From contig CBFHKU010000002.1 of the NCBI GenBank assembly GCA_965656495.1, positions 160,001 through 224,000 of the forward strand: a DNA stretch of 64,000 bases, given 5' to 3'. Made by a program: the position numbers and the translations under genes. The stretch comes from Coraliomargaritaceae bacterium (GTDB taxonomy: Bacteria; Verrucomicrobiota; Verrucomicrobiia; Opitutales; Coraliomargaritaceae). A model generated the notes under the pieces. It was not told the origin of the DNA. It worked only from the letters and a program-made list of their open reading frames with translations, and did no database searches. Of the stretch, positions 48,940 through 59,685 are shown piece by piece (the stretch's first letter is position 1; each line of letters begins with the position of its first letter).

Positions 48940-49671
48940 CTAGGAATTGGCGGCGGCCTGCGCCTCCAACTCAATGCGGTCCGCGACCGTACTTGCAAAA
49001 TTTTCCAGTTCCACCACCGCGATCTTGGTTTGCTGCAGGAGATAGTTGTAGCCGAAGACCGAAGGGATCGCGACCACCAGACCTGCAACCGTGGTTAAGA
49101 GCGCGCCTGAAACCCCTGGCGCGAGACTCTGCAGACTCGCCGAACCGGTTCCCGCCATTCCACCGAAGGCATCCATCACGCCCCAAACCGTGCCCAGCAA
49201 CCCGAGGAACGGCGCCCCCGTCACAATCGATCCAAGCAGCACCATCTTCGTTTCATACCGCACCGTTTGTTCCGCCACACCGCGTTGCAGGGCGTTTTCA
49301 ACATGCCCCATGCGCAAACTCACGCGGTGCGTGTCCGTGTCCGCAAGATCCCCACCGTAGCGGGCAAATGCCTCCAAGCCTTCGCGCACGAGGTTATAGA
49401 AAGGCCCCGCCCCCTTGCCGGGCAAGCTGGGGTCCAGCGCCAGCAAGTGCGCCTCCTTGCTCAATAAACGTTCATAGCGCAGGTTCTGCGCCCGCAAGCG
49501 CGACAAATCCAGATACTTCCCCAACATGACCGACCACGCAATCACGCTACACAGGGCTAAAATCAGGATAATAACTTTACCCGCAAAATTGGACTGCGCA
49601 AAGTAAGTGAAGACGTTGGCGTTCGCCGCCGCCTGAATGAAAAAAAGATCCGGTGTTATCAGGGCATTCAT
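48940..49671 (-). CDS. MotA/TolQ/ExbB proton channel protein
   Basis: APFLGLLGTVWGVM, LAPGVSGALLTTVAGLVVAIP. Confidence 0.93.
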   Translation of the reverse strand: MNALITPDLFFIQAAANANVFTYFAQSNFAGKVIILILALCSVIAWSVMLGKYLDLSRLRAQNLRYERLLSKEAHLLALDPSLPGKGAGPFYNLVREGLEAFARYGGDLADTDTHRVSLRMGHVENALQRGVAEQTVRYETKMVLLGSIVTGAPFLGLLGTVWGVMDAFGGMAGTGSASLQSLAPGVSGALLTTVAGLVVAIPSVFGYNYLLQQTKIAVVELENFASTVADRIELEAQAAANS

Positions 49672-49811
49672 AAAACTAATACAAATAACGCCCATGTCAG
49701 CTGTCTTGACAAGCCATGAACACCCTCGCTTTAAAAATTCTGCTAACAATTACACTGTAAAAGAGTTTGCCACCTGCTTTCACTCACAATCTTCTATTCC
49801 TTAGCATTGAT

Positions 49812-50921
49812 ATGAATCATAAAAAACAAACGCTTGAAGAGCTTCAGCGCCTCTCACCCTCACTCGCCTCAAAGAAGGCCCTCGTTGGAATCGACGGATT
49901 TGTAGATAAGATCGTGCACCCCGTTGCCCAACGCAACGGCCCGGGCAAAGACTTCACCCGTATCGAAACCATCGCCGATTTCGGCGCGCGGATCAGTTCT
50001 GCAGCCGGTAAAAGCGCGAACCTCGAATTGGCCCCGGTGGTCGACAAGCTCGGCGGCAACGGCCCCCTCATGGCAAACGCCCAGCGATGCCTCGGCGCGC
50101 AGGTCCGCTACATTGGCGCCCTCGGGAAAGATTCCGTGCATCCCCTCTTCACTGAATTTGCCGCTTTGACCGAGGCCATTACCCTCGCCGACCCCGGCGT
50201 CACCCATGCCGCTGAATTCAAGGACGGCAAAATCATGTTCGGTTCAACCGGAAGCCTCGAGACCATCACCTTCCCCTTCCTCCTCGAACATATCGGACTC
50301 GAACAACTCATCGAACTCTTCTCCGCACAGGACTCCATCAGCATGGTTAACTGGACCATGATCCCCTACCTCTCCGAAGTCTTTGAGGGATTCCTCGAAC
50401 AGGTCCTTCCCGCCGCAACGGCAAACCCTGACCGCCTCTTCTTCTTTGATCTCGCCGATCCCGAAAAACGTTCCCGCGAAGACCTCCTTCGCGTCCTCAA
50501 AATCTTCAGCCGCTTCGAGCAATTCGGAAAAGTCGTCCTTGGCCTCAATTATCGGGAGGCGGAACAAGTCGACGCCCTGCTCGGCTTTGAACCCCTCCCC
50601 AAATCGGAAGCAAACTTAAAGACGCAGGCGAGCCGCATCCGCGAGGCACTGGCACTCAACACCGTGGTGGTACACCCCGTTGAATGCGCGGTCTGCGCCA
50701 AGGCCGAAGGCGCTGCCTACGCCGAAGGCCCCTTCTGTGATAACCCTAAAATCACCACCGGGGCCGGTGATCACTTCAACGCCGGATTCCTTACCGCTTG
50801 CCTCATGGGACTCTCACCCGAGGCCGCACTGACCCTTGCGGTCGCCACCTCCGGTTTCTATGTTCGCAACGCCCAGAGCCCCACGCTCGAGGATCTCAAC
50901 TCCTTCATTCAATCCTGGTAA
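49812..50921 (+). CDS. PfkB-family carbohydrate kinase-like protein
   Basis: LGGNGP..A and C-terminal TTGAGDHFNAGF. Confidence 0.8.
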   Translation: MNHKKQTLEELQRLSPSLASKKALVGIDGFVDKIVHPVAQRNGPGKDFTRIETIADFGARISSAAGKSANLELAPVVDKLGGNGPLMANAQRCLGAQVRYIGALGKDSVHPLFTEFAALTEAITLADPGVTHAAEFKDGKIMFGSTGSLETITFPFLLEHIGLEQLIELFSAQDSISMVNWTMIPYLSEVFEGFLEQVLPAATANPDRLFFFDLADPEKRSREDLLRVLKIFSRFEQFGKVVLGLNYREAEQVDALLGFEPLPKSEANLKTQASRIREALALNTVVVHPVECAVCAKAEGAAYAEGPFCDNPKITTGAGDHFNAGFLTACLMGLSPEAALTLAVATSGFYVRNAQSPTLEDLNSFIQSW

Positions 50922-50932
50922 ACCAAGAACAC

Positions 50933-51565
50933 ATGAGCGGGTATTTCATCAGTTTCGAAGGCGGTGAAGGTTGCGGAAAATCAACCCAGATTCGTCTTCT
51001 GGCTGCCGCACTTGAAGCTCAAGGGCACTCGGTTCTCATGACCCGCGAGCCCGGCGGCACGCCCCTAGGTGAGCTGCTTCGCGATCTCCTCCAACACAAT
51101 CCTGCAGGCGAGCAGATGGTTCCAGAAGCAGAACTTTTGCTCTTTGCTGCCAGCCGGGCCCAGCTCGCACGTGAAGTGATCCAACCCGCCCTCCAAGCTG
51201 GCAAAATCGTCCTCTGTGACCGCTACCTCGATTCCACCACCGTGTATCAAGGAGTGGCACGTAAACTCGATGCTCAGGCAGTCGCTGCCATTAATAATTT
51301 TGCGGTGGGGTCCGTGCGCCCCGATCGCACCTTCCTACTCGACCTCGACCCAAAGACCGGGCTAGAACGGGTCCGCGCCCGTACCGAGGGAAAACTGGAT
51401 CGCATGGAAGATCAGGCCAGTACCTTTTTTGAAGCGGTGCGTCAGGGTTTTCTAGCTCTTGCGGCAAAAGAACCCGAGCGCGTACAAGTAATTGATGCCA
51501 GCCTTTCTGTCGATGCGATGCAGTCGACAATTTTAACTGCAATAAAAGCTCTCCTTAATCACTGA
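50933..51565 (+). CDS. tmk: Thymidylate kinase
   Basis: FISFEGGEGCGKSTQ, TREPGGT, CDRYLDST.VYQG. Confidence 0.96.
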   Translation: MSGYFISFEGGEGCGKSTQIRLLAAALEAQGHSVLMTREPGGTPLGELLRDLLQHNPAGEQMVPEAELLLFAASRAQLAREVIQPALQAGKIVLCDRYLDSTTVYQGVARKLDAQAVAAINNFAVGSVRPDRTFLLDLDPKTGLERVRARTEGKLDRMEDQASTFFEAVRQGFLALAAKEPERVQVIDASLSVDAMQSTILTAIKALLNH

Positions 51566-51730
51566 TTCTTCCTCGAAGAAAATACAGAATTCAGTAGATA
51601 CAATTTTCTTATACCCAAAAAATAATTTTTTGATATTTTAGTTGCTTAATTTATTTTTTATTTGTTAAAACTTTGATTGTTAAATTTATTATGGCAACTT
51701 AAAACAAGTTTCTACATACAAAATTGCACT

Positions 51731-52342
51731 ATGAATCCTTTAATTAAATCGAGCCTGCGTTATTTAGTCGCCCTTTTATTGTATTTAAATTGCGCCTTTA
51801 GTCAGGCTCAAATAATCAATTTTAATTTTTTAAATCTAACCAATGCGTCGGCAAGCGATACCATAACCGCTGACGATGGTTCGACCACCCTGACTGTTTC
51901 AACGACTGATGATTGGGGAAACATTAGACAAGTTGGTATTCGCGTAGACAGCGACGGATTACGTGTTTACAGAAACTCTTTAAGCTTAACCTTTAGCTTC
52001 AGCAAAGATGTAATTTTTAAGTCTTTCTTTAATGATTACTCGTACCAAGCAGATAACCATTCTATCACGTTTACACTTGGGAACGAATCTAAAAATCTAG
52101 AAATAAGAAACAATAATGGAAACACGGAAGAATTTCCCGCAGCGTTTAATAATTGGATCATCCCAGCGAACACACCAGTTACGTTGAACTCGGTTGTGCA
52201 TGCTAATGTTGCTAGTTCTCAATTTTGGAGCAGCTTGGCTGTGACAGTAGTTCCCGAACCCGCTACCTATGCATTCTTACTCGGATGCGCTGTACTAGGC
52301 ATCAGTTTTATGATCCGGCGTCGTGCCAAAAATAAAGATTAA
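51731..52342 (+). CDS. PEP-CTERM sorting-domain protein, AT-rich
   Basis: Signal peptide; VPEPATYA-TM-RRR; markedly AT-rich DNA with a very AT-rich upstream region. Confidence 0.9.
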   Translation: MNPLIKSSLRYLVALLLYLNCAFSQAQIINFNFLNLTNASASDTITADDGSTTLTVSTTDDWGNIRQVGIRVDSDGLRVYRNSLSLTFSFSKDVIFKSFFNDYSYQADNHSITFTLGNESKNLEIRNNNGNTEEFPAAFNNWIIPANTPVTLNSVVHANVASSQFWSSLAVTVVPEPATYAFLLGCAVLGISFMIRRRAKNKD

Positions 52343-52498
52343 AGTGGCAATAGAGCCATTGCGGATCGAACTTAAGGATTCGTCACACAGGATTCTTTTC
52401 TTAAGTGAATAGGGCCTTAATTCAGGTAGCAAGGATTTGACCTTTAATTGTATTTGCCTTCAGGTAGTGAATACATTGGTCGCTTTGATCCATTTAAA

Positions 52499-53482
52499 AT
52501 GTCCCTAACTGCTACACTCCCGAAATCAGTCCGCGAATGCCGCGCCGTTCAGGTGCTCGAACGTTCCATTCAACAGGAACGCCTTGGCCACGGCATCCTG
52601 CTGCACAGCAGTAAGCTCGCGGCGATTGAAGCGATCGCCCAAGCCATCGCCGCCGAACTCCTCAATACTGACAAAGACCCCTTCCTTCACCCCGATTGCT
52701 TTACCCTGCGCCCAAGTGGCAAAGCCCGTATGATTAAAATCGGCTCCGAGAGCGAGCGTAGCCAGGGCGAATGGCCGCAAAATTCCATGCGCCGCCTCGT
52801 CATCGATATCCAAAAATCCGCCAACCAGGGCGGTCGCAAAGTCGGGATTATTTTTGAGGCCGACCGCATGAACCGGCAATCCGCCAACGCTTTCCTGAAG
52901 ACCCTCGAGGAACCGCCCGCTGACACGACCCTGTTTCTCCTCACCACCCGCCCCTACGAACTGCTCGATACGATTCGCAGCCGCTGCCTCAACTTCCGGG
53001 TTCCCGACCTCGCCGGCGGTATTCAAAATCCTGACTGGCAGGACTGGACCCGCCAATACCGCGAGTGGCTCTCCCGCATCCTGCAAGGACCCAGTAAAAA
53101 ATCCGTACCCCATCTGGTATTGGGCGCGTGTGGATTAAACCTGCGCTACCAACAAATCCTCCAAGAACTGACCAAAGAAGCGTGGACGCGACAAAAGGAA
53201 CTCCTACCGGAAGACATCGGCCCCAGCGAGAAAGATGCCATTGAAACCGGTATCAGCCGTGGTTTTCGCAAACAACTCCTGGGTGAAATCGAGCGCCTTA
53301 CCCTCGACTACACCCGCGAAATTGAAACGCTGAACCCCGGCCGTCTGCCCGCCAATGCCCTCCACCGCGTCGTCGCCACCCTCGAACACTGCGCCGGCTT
53401 GCTCGAAATCAATTTCAATCAGGTCGCTGCCCTTGAACTCTTCTTTCTCAGGTCCCTTCGTATCTGGTCCGGCGTCCGTTAA
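52499..53482 (+). CDS. holB: DNA polymerase III delta' subunit
   Basis: RLGHGILL, HPD, EADRMNRQSANAFLKTLEEPP, LDTIRSRC; downstream of tmk. Confidence 0.88.
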   Translation: MSLTATLPKSVRECRAVQVLERSIQQERLGHGILLHSSKLAAIEAIAQAIAAELLNTDKDPFLHPDCFTLRPSGKARMIKIGSESERSQGEWPQNSMRRLVIDIQKSANQGGRKVGIIFEADRMNRQSANAFLKTLEEPPADTTLFLLTTRPYELLDTIRSRCLNFRVPDLAGGIQNPDWQDWTRQYREWLSRILQGPSKKSVPHLVLGACGLNLRYQQILQELTKEAWTRQKELLPEDIGPSEKDAIETGISRGFRKQLLGEIERLTLDYTREIETLNPGRLPANALHRVVATLEHCAGLLEINFNQVAALELFFLRSLRIWSGVR

Positions 53483-53510
53483 CCCCCACCTCAAAAAACT
53501 CAACAGTACC

Positions 53511-54161
53511 ATGTGTGGCCGATTCACCCTTCACATAAGCAAAAACAAACTCGTTGAAACCCTCGCGAGCGATATGCCGGAGGGCTTCGAATACGAACCG
53601 GATTACAACATCTCACCCGGTCGGGAAGTCCTCACCCTGCGCGAGGAAATCCTCACCCCCATGCATTGGGGTCTGCGTACCCCTCAAAATTTTCACGTAA
53701 ACGCCCGCCTTGAGACCGCTGACAGCACCCCGCGTTTTCGAGAAAGCTGGGAAGAAAAACGCTGCCTCATCCCCGCCAACGGTTTCTATGAATGGCTCAA
53801 CGATGGAGTCCGCAAACAACCCCACTACATCGCACCCGCCGACGAATCCGTCCTTTATTTTGCCGGACTTTGGTTTCCCTCAAAAAATGACGCCTTTGCC
53901 GCACATTGCGTCATCCTCACCACCGAGGCTCAGGAATCGCTGCAGGCCATTCATCACCGAATGCCCGTCTGCATCCCCGCCGCCGCACATCGCGATTGGC
54001 TTGACAACAAAACCAACAAGGCCGACGCGATTCAATTCACCAACGAAACCAGCTTGACCGCCCACGGCGTCAGCAGCCGCGTTAACGGTTCCCTGCACCA
54101 CGACTCCAGCCTCATCCGCCCCACCACTCCGCAGGGCGATGACCAAATGCAATTCTTCTAA
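53511..54161 (+). CDS. SRAP (YedK/HMCES-like) abasic-site-protecting protein
   Basis: N-terminal MCGRF, YNISP, NAR.ET, RCLIPANGFYEW, IHHRMP. Confidence 0.93.
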   Translation: MCGRFTLHISKNKLVETLASDMPEGFEYEPDYNISPGREVLTLREEILTPMHWGLRTPQNFHVNARLETADSTPRFRESWEEKRCLIPANGFYEWLNDGVRKQPHYIAPADESVLYFAGLWFPSKNDAFAAHCVILTTEAQESLQAIHHRMPVCIPAAAHRDWLDNKTNKADAIQFTNETSLTAHGVSSRVNGSLHHDSSLIRPTTPQGDDQMQFF

Positions 54162-54742
54162 ACCCTGCGATAAAGGCGCACCTCCTCGCGGCCTTTCGGA
54201 CGACAGGAATACGTCCGCTCCGGTGTGTAGCTTTGGATCAACTCAAAGCCCCTTGCAAAAAGGGTATCGATTTCCGCTGCATCGATTGGATGCGGCGGGC
54301 CGGAACCATCATAATGGCTGACTTCCCGAAAGAAAACCGCCCAATAAAAACCTCCGGCCTTGAGCGCCTGTCGCACACTTTGCACGTAGGCCTCGCGTTG
54401 CGCGGGATCAATCGCACACAGGCAGGTATGTTCCACCACCCAGTCATAGGCATCCCGTTCTTCCGCATCCAGCCGTAGGAAATCTCCTTCCACCCATCGC
54501 ACCGCACCCGCACCCGCGCTTTTGCGGGCCGTTGCCAAGGCACGCGGCGCAAGGTCCATCCCCGTCACCTCCGCCCCCGCTGCTGCCAAGGCCCGCGCAT
54601 CGTGCCCCGTCCCGCATCCCGGTACTAATACCCGACCCGCGATTTTGTGACCTTCCAAATACTCCACCAAGGGCGGAGCCGCCGACCCCTTATCCCAAGG
54701 GGTGACGCCTTCCGCGTAAGCCTGTTCCCAATCCTTCGACAT
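54158..54742 (-). CDS. TPMT/thiol-halide-type SAM methyltransferase
   Basis: W..Y..G.TPWD.G, RVLVPGCGTGHD, EHTCLCAI.P..R..Y, GPP. Confidence 0.85.
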   Translation of the reverse strand: MSKDWEQAYAEGVTPWDKGSAAPPLVEYLEGHKIAGRVLVPGCGTGHDARALAAAGAEVTGMDLAPRALATARKSAGAGAVRWVEGDFLRLDAEERDAYDWVVEHTCLCAIDPAQREAYVQSVRQALKAGGFYWAVFFREVSHYDGSGPPHPIDAAEIDTLFARGFELIQSYTPERTYSCRPKGREEVRLYRRV

Positions 54743-54852
54743 CCCCCTCTAATTAAGTCAGCAAGTTGAAAAGGCAATCCCCGCAACGGCTTTTTAAGAT
54801 CCGCTTGTCCTATGACCTCAAAACATTCATATTCGCCACTTTTATTCCAGCA

Positions 54853-55797
54853 ATGACCACACTCATCTTTACCGCCATCCTGCCGATCTTCCTGACGATT
54901 GCCCTCGGCTTCCTCGCCCGTCGGCTCGGCTGGATCGAAAAGTCTGCGGACTCCAGCCTGATGGCGATCATGCTGAACCTCCTCTTTCCGGCGCTCTTCT
55001 TTTCCCTGATCCTCGAAAACCCCGCGCTCCGCCAAGCCGAAAACCTCTTCCTGCCACCCCTGCTGGGATTTTCCACCGTGGCGGTTGGGATGGGTCTCGC
55101 GCTCTGGATGGCCCGCCGTTTCCAATGGGGGAACTCCAGCGAGCGACGGACCTTCTCGCTTTCCACCGGCATGTATAACTATGGCTACCTGCCCATTCCC
55201 ATTATGGCGGCCCTTTTTGGACGGGAAACCAGCGGGGTGCTCATTGTCTATAACCTCGGGGTTGAAATTGCGATGTGGGTCCTGGGGGTCGGTTTTATCC
55301 TTTCGGCACATGATTCCAAACCCCTCTGGCAACGGGTTATGAGCGGCCCCGTCATCGCGATTCTCATCGCGGTCCCGGTGAACGCGCTGGGTTGGAGCGC
55401 CTACCTGCCGAAATTCTGCTTCGGCATCTTTGATATGCTGGGGGTCTGCGCCATTCCCATCGCCTTGATCCTCATCGGCGTCACCTTTGCTGACCTCTTC
55501 AAGGGTCTCAACTTCCGTGAACACCGTGGCTTTCTCGTCGGCGGACTCACCCTTCGCATGCTCATCCTGCCGCTTGCCTTCATCGCGCTCGCCCTCCTTT
55601 TACCGGCCACCACCGAGCTACAACGCGTGCTCGTTGTTCAAGCCGCCATGCCCTGCGCGATCTTCCCCATCGTGCTGGCACGGCATTACGGCGGCGCCCC
55701 CGTGATTGTCCTCAAGCTCGCACTCGTCACCACCTGCCTGAGCTTCGTAACAATCCCGCTCTGGATCGGCCTCGGCCTCAGTTGGATTGCGAACTAG
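54853..55797 (+). CDS. AEC (auxin efflux carrier) family transporter
   Basis: ILPIF, PAL.F, NYGYLPIP, AAMP; about 10 TM segments. Confidence 0.88.
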   Translation: MTTLIFTAILPIFLTIALGFLARRLGWIEKSADSSLMAIMLNLLFPALFFSLILENPALRQAENLFLPPLLGFSTVAVGMGLALWMARRFQWGNSSERRTFSLSTGMYNYGYLPIPIMAALFGRETSGVLIVYNLGVEIAMWVLGVGFILSAHDSKPLWQRVMSGPVIAILIAVPVNALGWSAYLPKFCFGIFDMLGVCAIPIALILIGVTFADLFKGLNFREHRGFLVGGLTLRMLILPLAFIALALLLPATTELQRVLVVQAAMPCAIFPIVLARHYGGAPVIVLKLALVTTCLSFVTIPLWIGLGLSWIAN

Positions 55798-56189
55798 CGC
55801 GATTGTAAGCGAATCTTGTTCAAGCGGTTCTTCCGACAAAGATCCATCACCTCGGTCACATGCTTGAGCGGGGCTTCCTCATCCGCCATCAAGAGCACCG
55901 GGATTTCCGGCGTGACTTCTCCCGCGACCCGCAGCGCCGCATCGAGCGCCTCCTTTTCAAGGCGCTGGTCATTCAAAAAGAACGCCCCCTCCGCGTCGAC
56001 CGCCAAGATCACCTGTTCATCAATCTTGTTTTTGCCCGCCGTTTCAATCTCAGGCGCCGTTATATTGAGCGCCGTCACTTGGCGAAACTGCATCGTTACC
56101 AAAAAGAAAAAAAGCAAAACCGTCAGCACATCTACCAAGGGCACGATATTAATCGTGGGACGTTGGCGACGGCGTTGGAGCAAACTCAT
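55794..56189 (-). CDS. ExbD/TolR family protein
   Basis: INIVPLVDVLTVLLFFFLVT, LMADEE. Confidence 0.9.
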   Translation of the reverse strand: MSLLQRRRQRPTINIVPLVDVLTVLLFFFLVTMQFRQVTALNITAPEIETAGKNKIDEQVILAVDAEGAFFLNDQRLEKEALDAALRVAGEVTPEIPVLLMADEEAPLKHVTEVMDLCRKNRLNKIRLQSR

Positions 56190-56207
56190 TGTATCGGGGG
56201 CCAAAAC

Positions 56208-56774
56208 TTAAGCGCGGGGCTTTTCATTAATCAGCGCCTGCACCGCCATACTGATACGAGCCGCAAGCGATTCAACCCGGCGCAGGAGATAAGCGTGCGC
56301 CACCAGTGCCGGAATCGCAATCGCCAGCCCTAGAATAGTGGTGTTCAACGCCAGCGCGATCCCCCGAATAAAGGCCGCCGGTTCCGGCAAGCCGGTGTCC
56401 GCCGAGAAACCGCTGAAGACCTGCGTGAGACCCGTCACGGTGCCGAGCAAGCCAAGGAGCGGTGCCACCCCAATCACCACCTCCAACAAAAAGATTCCCC
56501 GCTCCATCCGACTCACCTCCAAACGCGCAAAGGCATTGAGCGCTTCCGCATCGGGACGGCGTTCCTTGTTAAAGGCAATGATGCGACCGGCAACCGATCC
56601 GGGATCCCCTTGCAGATTATCGATATCGTGCGCCAGGAAAGCCGCCACCAAATGACCCGGCATCACCCGGGAGTTGCGCAGCGCCAGCAGGCGCTCAATC
56701 GTGATCGCAACCGCTACAAAGGAACACAGCGCGAGGGGATAAAGAAAAATTCCGGCATTGGTTAGAAGATCCAT
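56208..56774 (-). CDS. MotA/TolQ/ExbB family protein
   Basis: APLLGLLGTVTGL, GIALALNTTILGLAIAIP. Confidence 0.92.
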   Translation of the reverse strand: MDLLTNAGIFLYPLALCSFVAVAITIERLLALRNSRVMPGHLVAAFLAHDIDNLQGDPGSVAGRIIAFNKERRPDAEALNAFARLEVSRMERGIFLLEVVIGVAPLLGLLGTVTGLTQVFSGFSADTGLPEPAAFIRGIALALNTTILGLAIAIPALVAHAYLLRRVESLAARISMAVQALINEKPRA

Positions 56775-56831
56775 AATTTTTAAAGGGACTGACCGCCTGC
56801 CGTATTGGAGTTCAAAACTGTGGAATTGTTC

Positions 56832-57437
56832 CTAGGTCCGCCCCATATAACTAAGGGCGCCTGCAACCGCATCGACTGCATCCGCCCCGCTGAGCAATTC
56901 GTCCAGCGGGTCGTAGTTCCCGCTCATTAAACTCTCCCGGGCATTCCCCTTGATTTCACAGGGGATGCATTGATCGCCGTAGCGAATTTCACCCGCATCG
57001 ATATCAATCGTCACTTCCAGCGAAGGGTTCGCTTCGACCGCTGCCGCGAGCGCTTCACGCTCGGCGTCCCCGGCTGTCACACATACAATTCCGAGATTCG
57101 TTGAATTTCCAAAAAAGATTTCGGCATAACTCCCCGCGATGATGGCATTATAACCAGCGCGTTGGATCGCCTGCGGTGCGTGCTCCCGCGAACTGCCACA
57201 ACCAAAGTTGTTGCCGCTCAAAATAATACCCGCCCCCGCAAAGCGCGGATCGTTCAGATTGTGGGCTTTCTCGACCCCCGCCTCATCCTTCCGTACATCG
57301 TGGAAGAGATACTCGCCGAGTCCATCAAAGGTGATGCACTTCATAAAACGCGCCGGGATGATGCGGTCGGTATCGATATCATCTCCCGGTACGAAGACCG
57401 CACGAGAGCTAACACTGGTTATCGGTTCACTTGGCAT
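56832..57437 (-). CDS. leuD: 3-isopropylmalate dehydratase small subunit
   Basis: DIDTDRIIPARF, NFGCGSSREHAP. Confidence 0.97.
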   Translation of the reverse strand: MPSEPITSVSSRAVFVPGDDIDTDRIIPARFMKCITFDGLGEYLFHDVRKDEAGVEKAHNLNDPRFAGAGIILSGNNFGCGSSREHAPQAIQRAGYNAIIAGSYAEIFFGNSTNLGIVCVTAGDAEREALAAAVEANPSLEVTIDIDAGEIRYGDQCIPCEIKGNARESLMSGNYDPLDELLSGADAVDAVAGALSYMGRT

Positions 57438-57464
57438 AATAAATTTTCTCGGGATGAATGATAC

Positions 57465-58883
57465 TTAGGCTACCTTTACCTCAAAGACCTCGCGGGCGTC
57501 CGTTACTTCGCCGCGCACCGCCGCCGCCGCCACCATGAGCGGACTCATCAGCATGGTGCGACCGGTGGGCGAGCCCTGACGACCCTTGAAATTACGGTTC
57601 GAGGAACTGGCGCAGAGTTGATTGCCCACCAGTTTATCAGGATTCATCGCAAGGCACATCGAGCAACCCGCGCCGCGCCATTCAAAGCCCGCTTCCTTGA
57701 AAATTTTATCCAAGCCGAGTTGTTCCGCGATTTGCGCCACGACCTGCGAACCCGGTACCACGATACCCTGCACGCCCTCCGCAACCTTGTGACCCTTGAT
57801 GTGATTCGCCACTTCCTGCAAATCGCTCAGGCGTCCGTTGGTGCAGGAACCAATAAAGGCAACGTCGATGCGCTTCCCCTTCACCGGGCTTCCACCTTCA
57901 AATTCCATATACTCCAAGGCCTCGCGGATCGATTCGCGTTCGGAATCAGTCGCGCCACCCTCAATCGTAGGGATGCATTCCTCAATACCGACTCCCTGCC
58001 CCGGCGTGATGCCCCAGGTCACGGTTGGCTGAATCTCAGATGCATCAATATTCACGACATCGTCATAGGAACAATCAGAATCGGATGCAAACGCGGTCCA
58101 CTCCGCCACCGCCTGATCCCATGCCGCACCCTGCGGTGAGTATGGACGGCCCTCTAGGTATTCAAAGGTGGTGGCATCGGGATTGACGTATCCGACCCGC
58201 GCCCCGCCTTCAATCGACATGTTGCAGACCGTCATGCGTTCTTCCATGCTCATTGCGTCAAAAGTTGAACCGCCGTATTCATAGGCAAATCCGGTGCCGC
58301 CCTGTGTCCCGAGCAAACGAATGATATGCAGAATCACATCCTTCGCAAAAACCCCCGGGCGCAAGGCACCGTCCACATTGATGCGGCGCACCTTGAGTTC
58401 GCCCAGTGCGATCGTTTGCGTCGCGAGGACATCGCGCACCTGACTGGTCCCGATACCAAAGGCAATCGCCCCAAAAGCACCGTGCGTCGCAGTATGCGAA
58501 TCACCACAGGCGATCGTGGTGCCCGGTTGCGTGATCCCCTGCTCGGGGCCCACAATGTGCACCACGCCCTGCTTGCCGGTATTCGTATCAAAAAAGGTGA
58601 TGTCGTTCTCCGCACAATTTTTGCGCAGTTCCTCAATCATACCCTGCGCCAGAGGATCGCTGTAGGGCTCCAGCGCTTCATTGGTCGGCACGATGTGATC
58701 CACCGTCGCAAAGGTCCGTGCCGGGTAGCGGACTTTCAGGCCCCGGTCTCGCAGCATGCCAAATGCCTGCGGACTCGTGACTTCGTGAATCAGGTGTGTC
58801 CCGATGAGCAGCTGCGTTTGACCATTCGCCAAGGTGCGAACCGCGTGCGCTTCCCATACTTTCTGAAATAAACTTTTTCCCAT
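57465..58883 (-). CDS. leuC: 3-isopropylmalate dehydratase large subunit
   Basis: [41 protein letters not shown]. Confidence 0.98.
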   Translation of the reverse strand: MGKSLFQKVWEAHAVRTLANGQTQLLIGTHLIHEVTSPQAFGMLRDRGLKVRYPARTFATVDHIVPTNEALEPYSDPLAQGMIEELRKNCAENDITFFDTNTGKQGVVHIVGPEQGITQPGTTIACGDSHTATHGAFGAIAFGIGTSQVRDVLATQTIALGELKVRRINVDGALRPGVFAKDVILHIIRLLGTQGGTGFAYEYGGSTFDAMSMEERMTVCNMSIEGGARVGYVNPDATTFEYLEGRPYSPQGAAWDQAVAEWTAFASDSDCSYDDVVNIDASEIQPTVTWGITPGQGVGIEECIPTIEGGATDSERESIREALEYMEFEGGSPVKGKRIDVAFIGSCTNGRLSDLQEVANHIKGHKVAEGVQGIVVPGSQVVAQIAEQLGLDKIFKEAGFEWRGAGCSMCLAMNPDKLVGNQLCASSSNRNFKGRQGSPTGRTMLMSPLMVAAAAVRGEVTDAREVFEVKVA

Positions 58884-58993
58884 GCTCGTTATATAATGAC
58901 TGCTAATTCAATTCTCAAAAGAGTCTCAACAAAAGCAGGCTTCCCGATTCTGGCAACTTTAATTCCCGCTTTCCCGAACCTGCCCAATCTTGA

Positions 58994-59022
58994 AAAAGAA
59001 AGAGCCCGCACTCGGCGGGCTC
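58994..59022 (-). terminator. Terminator downstream of HU
   Basis: GAGCCCGC..GCGGGCTC stem with an adjacent plus-strand A-rich tract. Confidence 0.75.
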
Positions 59023-59053
59023 AGCACTTAAATGATTCGGCTCTTTCGCTAAA

Positions 59054-59329
59054 TTAGAGAATCGCCTTCAAACCTGCACCAGCCTTGAACTTAACAGACT
59101 TGGAAGCTTTGATCTGAATCTTCTCACCGGTTTGTGGGTTCACACCTTGACGTGCGGCACGTTTTGCAACGGAGAAGGTACCAAATCCAATGATTTGAAC
59201 CGCTTTGTCTTTCTTAACGCCCTTCTTGATGCCTTCGAGAACGGCTTCGAGTGCGCGCTCAGCGGCTGCTTTGGAGGTATCAGCTCCAAGTGATTTTTGT
59301 ACTTCGGCTACGAGATCTGCTTTATTCAT
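59054..59329 (-). CDS. hup: DNA-binding protein HU
   Basis: MNKADLV, GFGTF, R.G.NPQTGE.I.I. Confidence 0.97.
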   Translation of the reverse strand: MNKADLVAEVQKSLGADTSKAAAERALEAVLEGIKKGVKKDKAVQIIGFGTFSVAKRAARQGVNPQTGEKIQIKASKSVKFKAGAGLKAIL

Positions 59330-59436
59330 AAACGATATATAGTGTTGAGGTTATTAATTTGGCTTGTGCCACCGTTTAAAGTGAGCAGCAAAAATGCTCC
59401 GTCAACAGATAAATTGCGCTCTAACCCGCAATTTTT

Positions 59437-59685
59437 TCAGCTTTTTAAGCGATCTTTACGCTTGACCTTACTGTTTAAGCTTGGTGCGCGCCCGTCCCGC
59501 GCCTCAACCACCTGTTTTAAAAGGATTGCAGCCGCCTCTACTTTTGAAATCCCACGCGCTTCCCCAAGTTGCTCCGAGCGTTTTAATAACTGCCGCGCCA
59601 TCACTTCCGCTTGCGCCGGGCTCGCCCCCATCGCCTCAAAAAAACGCGTCACCGCTCCAAGGTCCGTTGCATCCGTCTCGCTCAT
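59437..59685 (-). CDS. Small hypothetical protein translationally coupled to ygfZ
   Basis: ATG at 59685 overlaps the ygfZ stop (ATGA); helical protein-like sequence MSETD..AQAEVMARQLLKR. Confidence 0.6.
   Translation of the reverse strand: MSETDATDLGAVTRFFEAMGASPAQAEVMARQLLKRSEQLGEARGISKVEAAAILLKQVVEARDGRAPSLNSKVKRKDRLKS

Noticed and set aside
52414..52468. Short repeats (TTCAGGTAG twice; CCTTAAT on both sides of the AT-rich insert) as target-site duplications
   Set aside because: Too short to be significant in AT-rich DNA.
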